The notes under the pieces were generated by a model, which saw only the letters and a program-made list of their open reading frames with translations, was not told the DNA's origin and ran no database searches. 64,000 bases of DNA from Callorhinchus milii. Taxonomy: Eukaryota. Position numbers and translations under genes: made by a program. The stretch is from positions 58,282,001 to 58,346,000 of the forward strand of contig NW_024704742.1 in assembly GCF_018977255.1 (NCBI RefSeq). The letters are read 5' to 3'. The stretch's first letter is position 1. The number at the start of each line of letters is the position of its first letter. Positions 37,681-50,979 of the stretch are shown here, one piece after another.

Positions 37681-38116
37681 GAATTTAGCTGATTAAACTT
37701 ATTTTAAATCAAACAGGGAAATATTAGATCTTTTGATATGACTCAACACACACTTGTATTTAGAAGTGCTGGGAATAATAAAGTATCTATGCCCAAAAGT
37801 TTTCCAAGTACAAATACTAGCAAATTACAGATGAATTTGTAAGTAGGAGAGTATGGATTCAAATTTCATCTGCACACAGTGGAACATAGGAGCATTTATG
37901 CAAAACACTCTTATGCTATAATCTGTAGCGATTATTTTGAATTTCACCAAGTCACCTCAATTATAGGAGGATAATTTGTTCCAACTGTGCAAGAAATTGG
38001 ATCTATAACTAACCTGTGAAATGTAACATTTTGGTTTGTTGCTGTTCAGTGAATTTCCAGCCAATGTACTTAGAAAATACAGAGTAAATTATTCATAGAA
38101 TCATAGAATCATAGAA

Positions 38117-38663
38117 GCACCAGGCTTCGGGACCACATCACTCCCACCCTCGCTCGCCTCCACTGGCTCCCCATCCCCCAGAGGATTGATTTCAAGATCC
38201 TCATCCTCACCTACAAGGCCATTCACGGCCTCGCTCCCTCCTACCTCTCCAACCTACTATCCCCCTACATACCTGCCCGTACCCTCCGTTCCTCTGGCTC
38301 CGGTCTGCTCCACGTCCCCCGCCCTAACCGCCCTACCATTGGTGGCCGGGCCTTCAGCCTCTCAGCCCCGAGGCTCTGGAACTCTATCCCCCAGTGCCTT
38401 CGCCGCTTCCTCCCTCTCCTCCTTCAAGGCCGGTCTCAAAACCTTTCTCTTTGACCGAGCCTTCAGCTCCCCTCTCGACTCTTTTCCCCCTTCTCGCTCC
38501 CACCCATCCCTCCCCTCACCCTGACCATTTACCCCCTCCTCGCTCCCTCCCCTCACCCTGACCATTTCCCCCCTGCTCGGGTCATGACCCAACTGTGCAG
38601 CGCCTTGGGATGTTCTCCTGACGTGAAAGGCGCTTTATAAATGGTATCTTGTTGTTGTTGTTG
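38117..38663 (+). mobile_element. Young 5'-truncated L2 inserted in a CR1 octamer tail
   Basis: Very similar to 16371-16857; HITPTLARLHWLP motif; TAGAA on both flanks. Confidence 0.92.
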
Positions 38664-39420
38664 TAGAATCATAGAGTCATACAGCATGGAAAGAGGCCAT
38701 TCGGCCCATCGTGTCTGCGCCAGTTCCGAAAAGAGCAATCCAACTCAATCCCACTGGCCATATTTCTCTCCATAGCACTGCAATCTTGTGCTCCCCAAAT
38801 ACCCATCTACTTATCTCTTAAAAGTTGTTAATGAATTGGCTTCCACTCCCCTTTCAGGTAATGCATTCCAGATCCGAACAACTCACTGGGTGAACAAAAG
38901 TTTCCTAACTTCCCCTCTGTTTCTTTTAACAACTATCTTAAATCGGTGTCCTCGGGTTACTGACCCACCTGCCAGTCGAAACAGTTTTTCCCAGTTCAAC
39001 CTATCAAATCCTCTCATGATCTTGAAAACCTCTATTAAATCCACTCTTAATCTTCTCTGCTCCAGGGAGAATAATCCTAGTTTCCCTAACCTCTCCTCAT
39101 AACTAAGGTCTTTCATTCCTGGTACCATCCTGGTAAATCTCCTTTGTACCCTCTCCAATGCCCTAACATCTTTCTTAAAGTGCAGTGCCCAGAAATGAAC
39201 GCAGTACTCCAACTGAGGCCTAACCGGCATTTTATAAATATAAAACTCCTGAGTTTTGAATTCTATGCTTCTATTTATAAAACCTAGCATCCCGTATGCT
39301 TTTTTAACAGCTTTATCTACTGTCCTGCCACCTTTAGAGATTTGTTTATGTGAACCCCTAGGTCTCTTTGTTCATTTGCCCCCTTTAAGATTGTACCATC
39401 AGCTTATACTGTCCTTCCAC
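38664..39420 (-). mobile_element. CR1 LINE 3' fragment (rest of tail at 38093-38116)
   Basis: ORF 38883..39290 VRPQLEYCVHFW...LERVQRRFTRMVPGM..LSYEERL..LGLFSLEQRRLR.DLIEVFKI; (ATTCTATG)n tail. Confidence 0.95.
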
Positions 39421-39469
39421 AGTTTGTGCAACCTGCATCTTCAATGATTATCCTGTATTCTAAAGCCCC

Positions 39470-39704
39470 AAATTTCACTGAGTCTTAGCCTGTAAAACCG
39501 TTGCATTTTGCCTTAAAATTTAAGATTGGGCAGAACTGTGGAAAAAATATTCAATTCAATCTTAATTTTGAAACAGTTTTACTGCAATTCTTAAAAAGAA
39601 CTGACTTCCGAATGAAGATAGAAATTAAGAGTTTTCCACAATTCTGGGTGATGTTGAAATTTAAGACAAAATGATCTTGCAGGCTAAGACTGGCTGTAAT
39701 TTCA
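39470..39704. repeat. Long imperfect palindrome (MITE-like)
   Basis: agtcttagcctg..cattttgccttaaa..cagaactgtggaaaa mirrored by ttttccacaattctg..tttaagacaaaatg..caggctaagact. Confidence 0.8.
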
Positions 39705-40734
39705 GCCCTCCAGGGTCCCAAGCTTACTTTTCAGTTTTATTCACAAATGCCAACACTGTGAAACGTTGTGATTTAAAAGCACTTCACACGATGGGGGAAC
39801 AGAGAAGGGGGGTGGGGGGGAATGGCTTAAAAAGGGTTCACTTTAGAAACTGAATGTTGTTAAAAAATCTGTCAAGCTCCATTAAACAGAGTTTGCTAGG
39901 GCTTCACTGTGGAATTTTCCTTTTTGGGCGAATAAACATTTTTTGGCTCACTGTTTAGGTCACTTGGTTAAGGCTCATAAATTTTCCTTTTTTTATAACT
40001 CGATGTCAGGGGAGACCAAGGATTGCAAACGCTGTGACAAGCGGTGGCATTTTCTCATCTGGTGGAAGCTTGTAAACCTGGAATTTGAGACACTGCCATT
40101 TTGATGTAGGATTTTCCAGTCTCGGATGGGCATTCTCCCAATTCCTTACACAAGCGTGCTGACACTCTCCAGATCCTCTGCATCATTAAAGCAGGCTTGG
40201 TTACTATAGTGCAGACTGAAAAATGAAGAGAGAGGAAATGTGCAAGCCAGGTGCACCTTCACTTGGGAGAAGAAGGCTCAAGGGGAGGGCTGGATAGAAA
40301 GAGATTACAAAACTGGGGATCAGCATTCAAATTCACCGCTCCCAAATTTGAATAAGTATAATCCTTACATTTTGAAATAGTGTTCCAAGACTCTTCTCTG
40401 CGTGAAGGGTGCTATATAAATCAAGTTGTTGCAGTTATTATTGTTGTGCCTTTCACATTGGGAAGACTTCTCAAAGCGCTTCACAGGCTTTACTTTAGTG
40501 TAGTGACTGTGTAATTTGTAGGCAAAATAAACTGATCTGCAATGTCCAGGATTTGAACCTCTGAATGTGGCCACAAATTCTCTCCCAAAACCTAATAACA
40601 ACTTACATTTAGTTGGCACCTTTCATGTCAGGAATAGGTCTCAAAGTGCTTCATACAGCTGACTGGTAGCTAAGCTGGGTGGCAGATGGTAGCTGAGGAA
40701 AGGAGGGCTATTACATGCAAAATGACTGCACAAA

Positions 40735-41051
40735 CTGTAGCTCAGTGGTTAGAGCACTCGCTTTGCAAGCGAGAGACCTGAGTTCAATTCCAGGCACAGG
40801 GCGAAACCTTGGGCAAGTTTCCTTACTCCACACACCTAATAATAATCCCTCCAAAACAAAACAATAATAAATTGGTCATTTTCAATCTACGACTGTTTGT
40901 GGGACACTGCTGTGCGCAATTGGCTGCCGCGTTCGCCCACAAATATACAGTCAATTCACTTTACGGTGTGTTCTGTGAAGCGCTTTGGGACGTCCTGCTG
41001 ACGTGAAAAGCGCTATATCAAATGAAAGGATTATCATTATTATTATTATTA
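40735..41051 (+). mobile_element. SINE family A, young short form
   Basis: CTCGC-TTTGCAA-GCGAG anticodon arm, A and B boxes, (ATT)n tail. Confidence 0.92.
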
Positions 41052-42094
41052 AACTGGTTAAAAATGTTCCTTTACATGAATGTATATAGCAAGTCCTCAT
41101 AATGTTTGCACTGATGCTTCTGCTACAATGGTATGAAATTATTGTTGGGATTTTGGACTCACATAATCTAGACTGACACTCCAATGCAGTGCTGGGCATG
41201 TATTGCTTTGTTTGAAGTGCTCTCCTTTGCAAGAGATGTAAGCATTCTGGGAAGCTGCCTTATTTGAGGGCGCGATATAAATGCAAGTTGTTTTTGATAA
41301 AAAGATTCTGTCTGCCTGCTTAGGTGAACACTAAAGAACCTACGTCACTACTGTACTCGAGAATAGTAGAAGGCAGGGAAGGGACTGTCTTGCTATGTGT
41401 CCAACTCCAGCATTGTGCAGCATTTTGAGATGCTATCCTGCATGAAGGGTGCTACTGTATATAAATGCAACCTGTTATTGTTGGATCCTAATGGAGATTG
41501 TTCTAGTTTTCCTGGTACGGCAGATTCTTTGCATTGAGAAGTATAGCAATGACATTTAGACTCATGTTATACAGGTTTGTGGCATCCACATGACTCTGTT
41601 TGCTGTGATTCTACAAGTGGAACAGACAATCAGGAAAAGGAATCAACAAAGAAAAACAAACCAAAAGCTCTGACAATAACAATGCTGTCAGGTGGGTAGT
41701 AGATTAATCCACATCTCGTACACCTGCTCTATAGAATGTAAAAGGACATACTGCAAGTCTTGGGAACTAACTAGCGGTTATCTAAATCATATGCAACCCT
41801 CCCATAAAAATCTACATAATAATAATACGTACATTTGGCAGTGCATCTTTCACATCAGGAAGATATCTCAAAATTCTTCACTGGATAAACTGTAAATTGT
41901 AGTGACTGTGTTGGCGGTGAACACAGCAGCCAATTTACACACACCAGTGTTCCACAAACAACAACACAGTAAATGACCAATATTATTTGGGGGATTGTTT
42001 GCCAGGAAAGGACAAGATTACAGCATGTATAGAAGGAAATAAATGGTTTAGGGAAAGCAATCTTTCAACAATATTTTTGGATGCACCGAGATAA

Positions 42095-42335
42095 CAGGAC
42101 AAGATGGCACAGGTTACCAAGAGGAAATTCAGGATAAATATCAGGAAGTATTTCTTTACCTAGAGGTTAATTCATGACTGAAACGTTACCACAAAACTGA
42201 CTGAGGCCAGGACACTGAAGGCATTCAATAAATAGCTTGATGCTGTGATGGGAAGATCGGAGATGGATATTCGGGAAGAATGAGATCAGGTGAGCTGGAG
42301 GGCCTTCTTCATTCAAACCAATCTTGTGATCTAAT
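42095..42335 (+). mobile_element. CR1 3' end
   Basis: Resembles 3290-3490 and 63460-63655 (aggaagtatttctttacctagagg). Confidence 0.7.
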
Positions 42336-43094
42336 GTGAACTCAATGTTAGGGTGATCTTATCGAAATTTATGCAAAGCTTTCAGAGCTGTATGTAAATA
42401 TTACACTTCAAGAGAACTGAACAACATATTAGCATGACAGATTTCTGAAGAGATTATTCAATTTACCCTTAAGTGCAATTAAGAGATGGTGGAAATCTTT
42501 AAAAGAAGAAAATGAGCTAGTAAAACCCTGTTTTTTGCAATCCAGACGAATGGGAACAATAGGATGTGACTGGAAGCGGTGCAGGGAGCCTGGACTATGA
42601 GCCTATTGGGCTCATGGTCTCCCACGGCGGGCCTGCCTGGAGCAGAGACCGAGACCTACAGGCAAGGCAGCAACCTGGAGCGAGGCTTTGAGACCTACAG
42701 GTGAGGCGCTACCTGAAGCTCTTGGGCTCATGGCATCCCGCAGGAGGCATATAGGTCCTGGGGATCAAGGGCAACACGGCCGTGGGCAACAATGACATAG
42801 CTGAAATTTTGGAACTGGCTTCAGGCTTTAACAGTGTTAAAGTATTTTATAATGAAGAATCATAAGAATCATCATAGAATTTTAGAGCACAGAAGGAGGC
42901 CATTCGGCCCATCATGCCTGTGTCAGTTCTTTGAAAAGAGCTACCAGCTAATCCCACTTCCCCGCTCTTACCACATAACCCTGCAACATTTGCCTTTTAA
43001 AGTACGTTTCTAATCAATTGGGCATTCATCTCATTGTGTTTTGTTGGACGTTGCTGGTGTAGATTTGCCAAATCTGCTTACATAATAGACCCTG

Positions 43095-43740
43095 CAACAA
43101 CAATTTACACTTTTATTGCCACTTTCATGTTGTGAGGACATCTCAAAGACTTCATAAAGACTGGGCGGCAGCCTGAACTGGGAGCTGGGAGGGGGTCAAA
43201 TACGAATTCAAAGAAGTAGGTCTTCAGGCAGGATTTGAGAGGGAGGGAAGAGATGGATGAATATCAGGAGAGTTCCACAGGAAGGGGGCAATATGGCTAA
43301 AGGCTCACTTGCTCACCAATGGCACCTCCCTACCTCTCCGACCTCCTCACTCCCCAATCTACAACCCGGTGTCTCCGCTCGATTGGCACCAGCCTCCTGC
43401 TCGTCCCTCACACCCTCCGCCCCACCATCGGAGGTCACGCTTTCAGCCCTGAAACTCTGGGACACTCTCCCTCAATCCCTCTGCCTTGCCCCCTCTCTCC
43501 CCTCTTTCAAATCCCACTTGAAAACCTTCCTCTTCGACTGTGCTAACCTCCTCCTTCCCCCACCCCATGACTCGGAGTCAGGCTCCGCCACTGTTAAGCA
43601 CTCTGACACGCTACCCTGTGTGTGAGGTTATATCAATGCAAATTGTTGTTGGCGGGGTGTATAGGGCAGGACGGAGTTGGTGAAAGGCAGGGCGTGGCTG
43701 AGGGAGTAGGGTTGCAGGAGATTGCAAAAATAGTGGACGC
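43095..43740. mobile_element. Minus-strand L2 tail containing a plus-strand L2 tail (43321-43650)
   Basis: Purine-rich host interrupted by APPYLSDLL...TIGGHAFS...LPSFKSHLKTFLF. Confidence 0.85.
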
Positions 43741-45249
43741 TTTTGAAGGAGAGGACAGGAGTCTTCTTCAAACAGTGCCACTGGATCATTAACTTCTACT
43801 CGAACAATCAGAAGGGAATCTCAGTTTAACATTTAACCATTTAATACAGTGCGTCCCAGCTTTGCACTGGAGCGTGAGCCTAAACTATAAACTCAAAGCT
43901 CAAACCAAGTTCATATCACAACTTTTTGACCCAAAGGCAAGAATGCTACCAACCGAGCCAGACTAACACTTAATGGGATGAAATGCCAAAGAAGAGGTAT
44001 AAACACAATGAAGATATGTTGGCATTTTGCACCTGATCTCAGTTGGTTTCAGAAATGCTTTAATTTCAGCCCACAGTCTAAATACAGTCTCCCATGCTCT
44101 GTTCAAAATTCTCAAGCCACTTCTTATAAGAATAATAAACATCCTCATATTTGATAAAACATCAAAGTTGTTGCAAATTATTGTGACTGCATTTGTAGGC
44201 AATTTGTTCATGGTACCGTGAAATCATAAGTACCAATTGAGATGAGCTGACACAGTTAAAAGAGGAAGGGTTTTAAAGAAAGGGAAAAAAAGTCTAACTG
44301 CAAAAAGAAATAGGGAAGTTTGGGGACAAAAGTGTCTACAAGTAATATTTTGACAAATCATTTGACAAAATACCCTATACTATATTGTTGAATATTTTCT
44401 TTTCTGACCAACAAAATAATTATACTGTATATACTTTGTCCCAATCCCCTCTGCTCGGGTCCAGATCCCTGACTGTTCAGTGCCTTGGGACCTCCTCCCG
44501 ACGTGAAAGGTGCGATACAAATGTAATTTTATATTGTATTGTATCGCTTTGCTACAAGTATACAGGTTTCTTTTCCCTGAAACGTTTCTTTTTGTCTCTT
44601 TTCCCCCTTAACTTCATATCAGTAAAACACAGCACTCCTTCAAATTTGAGATGGGCACTCTCAAGGAATCAAAGGTGATTTTAAGTTAATGAGAAACCTG
44701 GTTTCAGTTACCTGCCTCTTATCAGCTATTGCAGGGATTTTAATTCAGCTGTGTTCTGCTGTCACAACTTTGCAGTGGTTATTGCATTACTTCTCAAGCA
44801 AACAGATTTTACTAGCTATAGAGCTAATCACACCACCTTTTGGGAATTTAAATTCCCACACTGTGAACATTGCTTTGAACATTAGTCATTATTGCAGGCA
44901 ATAAACTGCCCTACTGATATCCTTTTTACAACACATTAATGTGCATAGCTTGTGTCATTACATAATAGCATTTTGCAAAAATGATTTGCAAATTTTTTAT
45001 GTGAAATTTGGAATGCGTAATTTCTCTGCCATAAACCACTGTTGAAGCAGAGTTCATCAGTTACTCTGAAAGGGAATTTGGTACATGGTTGCATACTGAT
45101 TTTGCTTAGGTTTTCAGGGATGAGTCGACCAGATGCTGGCCAGATCAGCGATGCGTTTCCATCACCGCAGCCTAAGACCTAGAAACAGGTCATCCTGTGG
45201 GAGGGAATGTGAGCATGTGTGTGCAAGGGCATATTACTGCAGATAATAA

Positions 45250-45660
45250 GAATAATCCATGCATTTGATATAGTACTTTATCAAGATGTCTCAAAACGCT
45301 TCACAATATTTTACTGTGAAGTGTAGTGACTTGTGAATTTGTAAACAAATACTTACAGCAATGTCCCACAAACAGCTATAAAATTAATGCCCGATTTTAT
45401 TGGAGAGATTATTGGCTAGGCCACAGGGAGAAATTCTCTTCTCTTTTAGTATTGTGCCATAAGAACTTTAACGTCAACCTGAACAGGCAGACGGGATCTC
45501 GGTTTAATGCCTCATATGCTGATGGACGACAACCCTGACATCGCAGTAACCCCAGCTCCATTGGAACGCCAGCCTAAACTGTGAGATCAAAACTTTGGTG
45601 TGGGGTTTGAACACACAACTTCCTAAGAGCCAAAGAGTGCTATAAACGTAGCAAGGCTGC
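45250..45660 (-). mobile_element. Deu-domain SINE family B
   Basis: tttaacgtcaacctgaacaggcagacgggatctcggtttaa core; tail at the left end. Confidence 0.8.
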
Positions 45661-46431
45661 CAGATAGGCGAATATGAAAAAACTGAATTAAACAGTAATT
45701 GCATTACTTTCCCTTAGCCTCGCAAGTATTATATAAAAAATATAGTTTTGGGTAAAGACAGGACTTGAAAAATGTCAGTGGTCTTGGGGTAATCATGGTA
45801 CTGATAGAACTGTGCCTCTTAAGTCAGACCTTCTAGAGGGGGAGAATCCTGTGTGTGTGTGTGGTGGGAGGGGCTAATGCATACAAAGTATTTGGGCTTT
45901 CAACTAATGCGCTGCAATCTCTGTCCATGGTTTATATGGTAGCTCCAGCATCAAAGCACTGTACTATTCTCAAGAGCACTATATAGCACCAAAGCAAGAT
46001 CAGGTGCTTCCTGCTGTGAAAACTCCCCAAAGGGTGACAATGCCACTTTAACAGCCTTGAACTTTATTGTATCAAAAGACAAAAGAGATTTTCTTCGCAC
46101 TGTTCCGTCACAAGAAAAATAACAGTGCTCCACACTCTTTCACCTACAATAGCCCTGCATGCACTTCTTCACTAAACACTAACGACAGGAACTTCACCAC
46201 CAGAAACTGCAGCCGTCTATTTAAAGAAAATCTTGAAGGTGAGATCAATCAAACAAAAAGACAAACTATCTCTAGAGGAACTTCAAGTGGCCATTAAAGG
46301 AGAGAATTCCAGGACTATAAAGCTGCTTCACATTTGACAAGACACTAACTTCTTCGTAATGTCTGGCAACTCGACAGAAAGTTCTCCTTCTTCAGCAAGG
46401 GTCCGCTGTTGCTTGCACTCCACAACCCGCC

Positions 46432-47310
46432 ACAACAACAACAACTTGCATTTATATAGTTCCCTTCACACAGGGTAGCGTATCGGAACTTAATAATAAT
46501 CCTTGCATTTGATATAGCCCTTTTCACATCGCGAGGACGTCCCAAAGCGCTTCACAGAACACACTGTAAATTGAATCGACTATATGTTTGTGGGCGAACG
46601 CGGCAGCCAATTGCACACAGCAATGTCCCACAAACAGTCGTGGATTGAAAATGACCAATTTATTATTGTTTTTGTTTTTTTGGAGGGATTATTATTAGGC
46701 GTTGAGTCTTACAACAAGCCAGGGGGAGAGGGAAGGGGTGGGTGACTGTAAGCACGATCAAAAATTGAGGTCTTTAGGCAGGATTTGAAGGTGGAAAGAG
46801 GCAATGCAGAGCGATTGAGGGAGAGAGTTCTAGAGTTTCAGGGTCTAGTGGCTGAAGGCAAGGACACCCGATGGTGAATGGAGGGCACAAGGGACAAACT
46901 GGAGGCCGGAGCCAACCAAGTGGAGGCAGTGGATGGTGGAGTAGGGGATTCTGAACCAACTGTGCAGAATTTTGAATGAATTGGATTTTGTATATGGTGG
47001 GGAGACCAGCAATGAGGGCATTAGAATAGTCCAGCCGGGAAGTGACAAAGACGTGGATGAGGGTTTCAGCTACGTCGGTTGTGAGGTACGGACGGAGGCG
47101 GGCAATGTGGCGGAGGTGGAAAAAATGCGATCCTGGTCACGGATGTGCAGTGGAAAGAAAAGCTGGGATCAAACTTGATGCTTAAGTTGTGCACGGGTTC
47201 AGAGAGCCCGAGGAGACTGAGGAGTTCAGACCCGCAGGAGAGAAGATGTTGACGGGAACCAAAGAGTAGGGCGTACGTCTTGCTGACATTCAGATGCAGG
47301 AAATTCAAGT
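46432..47310 (-). mobile_element. L2 3' fragment with a young SINE A insertion (46491-46702)
   Basis: NFLHLNVSKTYALLFGSRQ; the SINE segment matches the young form. Confidence 0.85.
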
Positions 47311-47893
47311 TTGAATATTTTTTGATTTATGACATAAATCAAGAAATATTCAAACAAGAAAATTTATTTTGTTGGCCAACCAAATGGATTGGCCACCACT
47401 GCTCTAATTGGTGGTAGGTTTGTCCTAGTTAAAAAAGTAGCAGGAAATCTTGATAGTTTTTGCAACTTGCTTGTGTTTGTGGTTTTACCTAATTGAACTC
47501 CAGCTCTATTCCAGTGTAAACTCTGGGAATCCTAAAGGCTAAATAACAATGGCTTTCCAGACATCTGACTAACCAAATAAATCTTTCAGTCACCTGCTGT
47601 GTTACCATGCTGCTTCCTCCACTGGGCAGGTGATGGAACATCCTGAACAACAGATGGCATCCTGTGAACAGCAGTGACTCAATTTTGAAAACTGAACATT
47701 GTTGGTTTCTTTCCTCCTTCTCACCTCATAGTAAGTTATTCCTCACCTCTGCAGGCCACTCAATACAGTATCACTCTATACAGTACTCCCAAAGTAGAAC
47801 TACCGACATTTACCAAAGGATTAGGAACATGAGCCACTTGACTCAGTCATGTTTAGACGTGAAACAATCATAATAATCCTCAGATTTGATATG

Positions 47894-49400
47894 CAACAAC
47901 AACAAAATTACATTAGTAGAGTGCCTTTCATGTCGGGAGAACATCCTCAAGGTGCTGAACTGTCGGGGATGAGGACCCGGGCGTGGTGGGGGGGTGGGGG
48001 GGGGCAGGATTGGCGTGAGGGAGGGCAGAGAGGTAGGAGGGCAGCTGATGGCATGGTCAAAAAAGGTGGGTCTTAAATCGTGCCTTGAAGGAGGCAAGTG
48101 TGGGAGCAAGGCAAAGGGATTGTGGGATGGAGTTCCAAAGAATGGGGGCAAAGAGGCTGAAAGTCCGGCTGCCGATGCTAGGGCGGGTCGGGCGGGAAAC
48201 TTGGAGCAGACAGACTGATAGTGGGTCAGCAGATCAGAGATGTAGGAGGGGGCAAGGCCGTGGAGGGCCTTGAAATTGAGGATGAGGATTTTGAATTCTA
48301 TCCTCTGAGGGATGGGGAGCCAGTGGAGCCGGGCGAGGGTGGGGGTGACGGGGTCACAGAGCTTGGTACGGAAGAGGACACGAGCTACAGAGTTTTGCAT
48401 GATCTGCAACTTGTGGAGGGAAGTGTTGGGGAGGCCGACAAGGAGAGAGTTTCTGTAGTTGAGCCTTGAGGTGACGAATGCATGTATGAGGGTTTCGGCG
48501 GCCTGAGGGGTGAGGCAGTGGCGGAGTCGAGCAATGTTGCGGAGGTAGTGGAAAGCAGAGCAAGTCATGGCATGGATATGGGGGAGAAAGGACAGTTGAG
48601 GGTTGCAACAAGATGCCCAGGTTCCAAATTGGCTTGGTGAGGTGAAGGTCGCATCCATGGATGCTGATGCTACCAATGCCTGAGATGTGGAGGTGCTGGC
48701 ATGAGCCAATCAGGAGGGCCTCAGTCTTGCTGACATTCACCTGTAGAAAGTTGGTCTCATCCAGGACTTGATGTCTGACAGACAGTCTGTCAGGACATCA
48801 GTTGTCTTGTAATTGAGGGTGGACGCAAAGATAGAGTTGGGTGTCATCCGTATACATGTGGAAGTTGAACCCATGTCTGCGGATGATGTCACCAAGGGGG
48901 AGCATATAGAGGTTGAAGAGAAGGCGACCAAGGACAGCGCAAAGAAACCAGACTGGAGGGGCTCATGAAGGAAGTGGTAGGAGAGGAGTGAACGAAGATG
49001 GGAAGCAAAGACTCTTTCAAGGACCTTCGAAAGAAAAGGGAGGTTGGAGATCGGCCTGTAGTTATAAGGCAGGGAGATGGGTCCAGGGAAAGTTTTTTCA
49101 GGATAGGGGTTATAGCTGTTTTTAGGGGGATGGGAACAGTGCTAGATGATAGGGAGAGATTGATGGTGTCAAAGAGTTGAGGGGCAAGGAGGTGGAGCTG
49201 GGAAGTAAGGAGAGGGGTGAGGATGGGGTCAAGGGAGCAGGTGGTGTGTTTCATGCTGAATTTGATGGTGATGAGAGAGGAGAGGGAGACAGGTTCGAAA
49301 ATGTGGAGGGAGGGATGGATAGGGGTCGGAGTGTGGGAGTGGGGGGAGATGGGGAGGGAGTGGCGGTTGGGAGGGTGGAGGCAGCTGAATGGATCCGCTC
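47894..49400 (-). mobile_element. L2 fragment (~1.5 kb) inserted in a SINE tail
   Basis: ORF 47843..48709 LIHAFVTSRLNY..LLVGLP...LHWLPIPQRIEFKIL; TTCSLDPI.T.LL upstream. Confidence 0.93.
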
Positions 49401-50479
49401 AATTCAGGGCCTTATCACAGTGTCAAGACATCTTGAAGCATTTCACAGGAATTACTGTAAAGTCTAGTGTCTGTGCATTTGTAGGCAAACATGGCAGCCA
49501 ATTTGTGCACAGCAACGTCCCACAAACAGCCATGAAGCGAATGATCAATTTCACCTGGGGGATTGTTGGTCAGGACCTCATGCGTTGATTACAAAACTTA
49601 GTACAAAGTCTTGACTTCTGTATAGAAACCTGTTCCCTCCTACACCCATGAGGTCAGTTTCACTTCCTAAGCCAGTCACCAAAAGGCCTTTCTGAGTAAA
49701 ATACCAATTTGTCCTAAAATATGGGTGATTTCTAGTATGGCCAAACTGGCAGCTATTATTCTTTCAGGAAGAAAAATGAGTCTTATTCCTGACAGAATAA
49801 ATTGTATTCAACCCCAGATCTCAGCAGTAAAAGGGCAGAGTTCTGAACCAACTGTGCCATCCAACTTGCAATTACATTAACTATTGATTACGACGGATAC
49901 TTTCATTTCTTTAAATAGGAATTCTGAGTTCAGTTCAAAGCTGCAGTGTCCCTTATCTTTATACAGTTCTAAAAGGTTAATAAGTCTGGAAGTAATATTA
50001 AACTTGATACTCACATCAGCTATTTATATAACACTCGCTGTGTTCACTTGCATTAGGGCACGTTGCATTGGAGCTTCTGTAGTCAGTGACTTTAAGATGC
50101 TGGTTCAGATCCAGGAGTTTCCGCTCAGTGAGAGCCTCATATTGCTCATGTTGCCATGGGGAGGCGCTGATGAGACGTTGGACGCTTTACCTCAATTTGG
50201 TAGGACCACTCGCCAAGGGTTCTCTCACACACAACCAAGTAACAACTAATGAATCACAATGACAGAGATTTGGGAGCAGATCTCCAGAATGTCTCTTGTG
50301 CATAAAACATTAAACTATTTTTTTAAACTGACACAAAAATGTTATTTATTTGCAACAGCCATAAGAATTAAAGTTGTCACAAAGTTCATTTAGTGCATGC
50401 CATTGAGGAAACATATCAAATGCAATGTTTTAAATGCCTTGTGAGATAATAATAAGTTCCTTCTATTTCAAAAAGCCCC

Positions 50480-50805
50480 ATATATTATCCGAGACATCTC
50501 AAAAGCGCTTCACAGGATTATACTGTGAAGTATAGTGATTGTGTATTTGTAGGCAATTGTGGTGTTCAATTTGCACCCAGCAATATCCCACAACCAGGCA
50601 ACGAAGTGAATGGCCAATTCTATCGGGCGGATTGTTGGCCAGGACACTAAAGAAAATTCCCTTCTGTTTTTGAACTGTACCATGGGATCTTTAACATCTA
50701 CCTAAACAGGCACAAGTGGGGCCTCAGTTACATCTCACCCGAAGGACATCAGCATCAAAAATTCATTGCTCCCCAGGCCTGCATTGAAGGTCAGCCTAGG
50801 CAATA
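50480..50805 (-). mobile_element. Deu-domain SINE family B
   Basis: gattgttggccaggacac ... catgggatctttaacatctacct. Confidence 0.8.
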
Positions 50806-50979
50806 AGTTACTCCTAATTCACCACTTCAAACAAATCCTTTCTGCCAAAAACACTCCCCTTGTGTTACCTGGCTCAAAATACCTGGTGTTTTCTCATTGT
50901 TTAAGTGGACATAATATAAAAATGTTAACCATTTAAGCTTTACTGAAATCCTAGCTAAAACATACAAAATCCTAAATTG

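Noticed and set aside
40735..40805. tRNA-Ala(TGC) gene
   Set aside because: It lacks a proper acceptor stem and terminator and runs straight into the SINE body; it is a SINE head.
40809..41006. Recurrent small ORF MGKFPYST...[18 protein letters not shown] (also 11227..11430 and 60752..60940) as a peptide family
   Set aside because: Explained by translation of near-identical young SINE copies; two of the three begin at TTG and there is no evidence of coding constraint.
47843..48709. Longest ORF (288 aa) as a host gene
   Set aside because: It is a frameshifted L2 ORF2 remnant; the same applies to ORFs 26951..27622 and 22303..22866, and ORF 38883..39290 is CR1.
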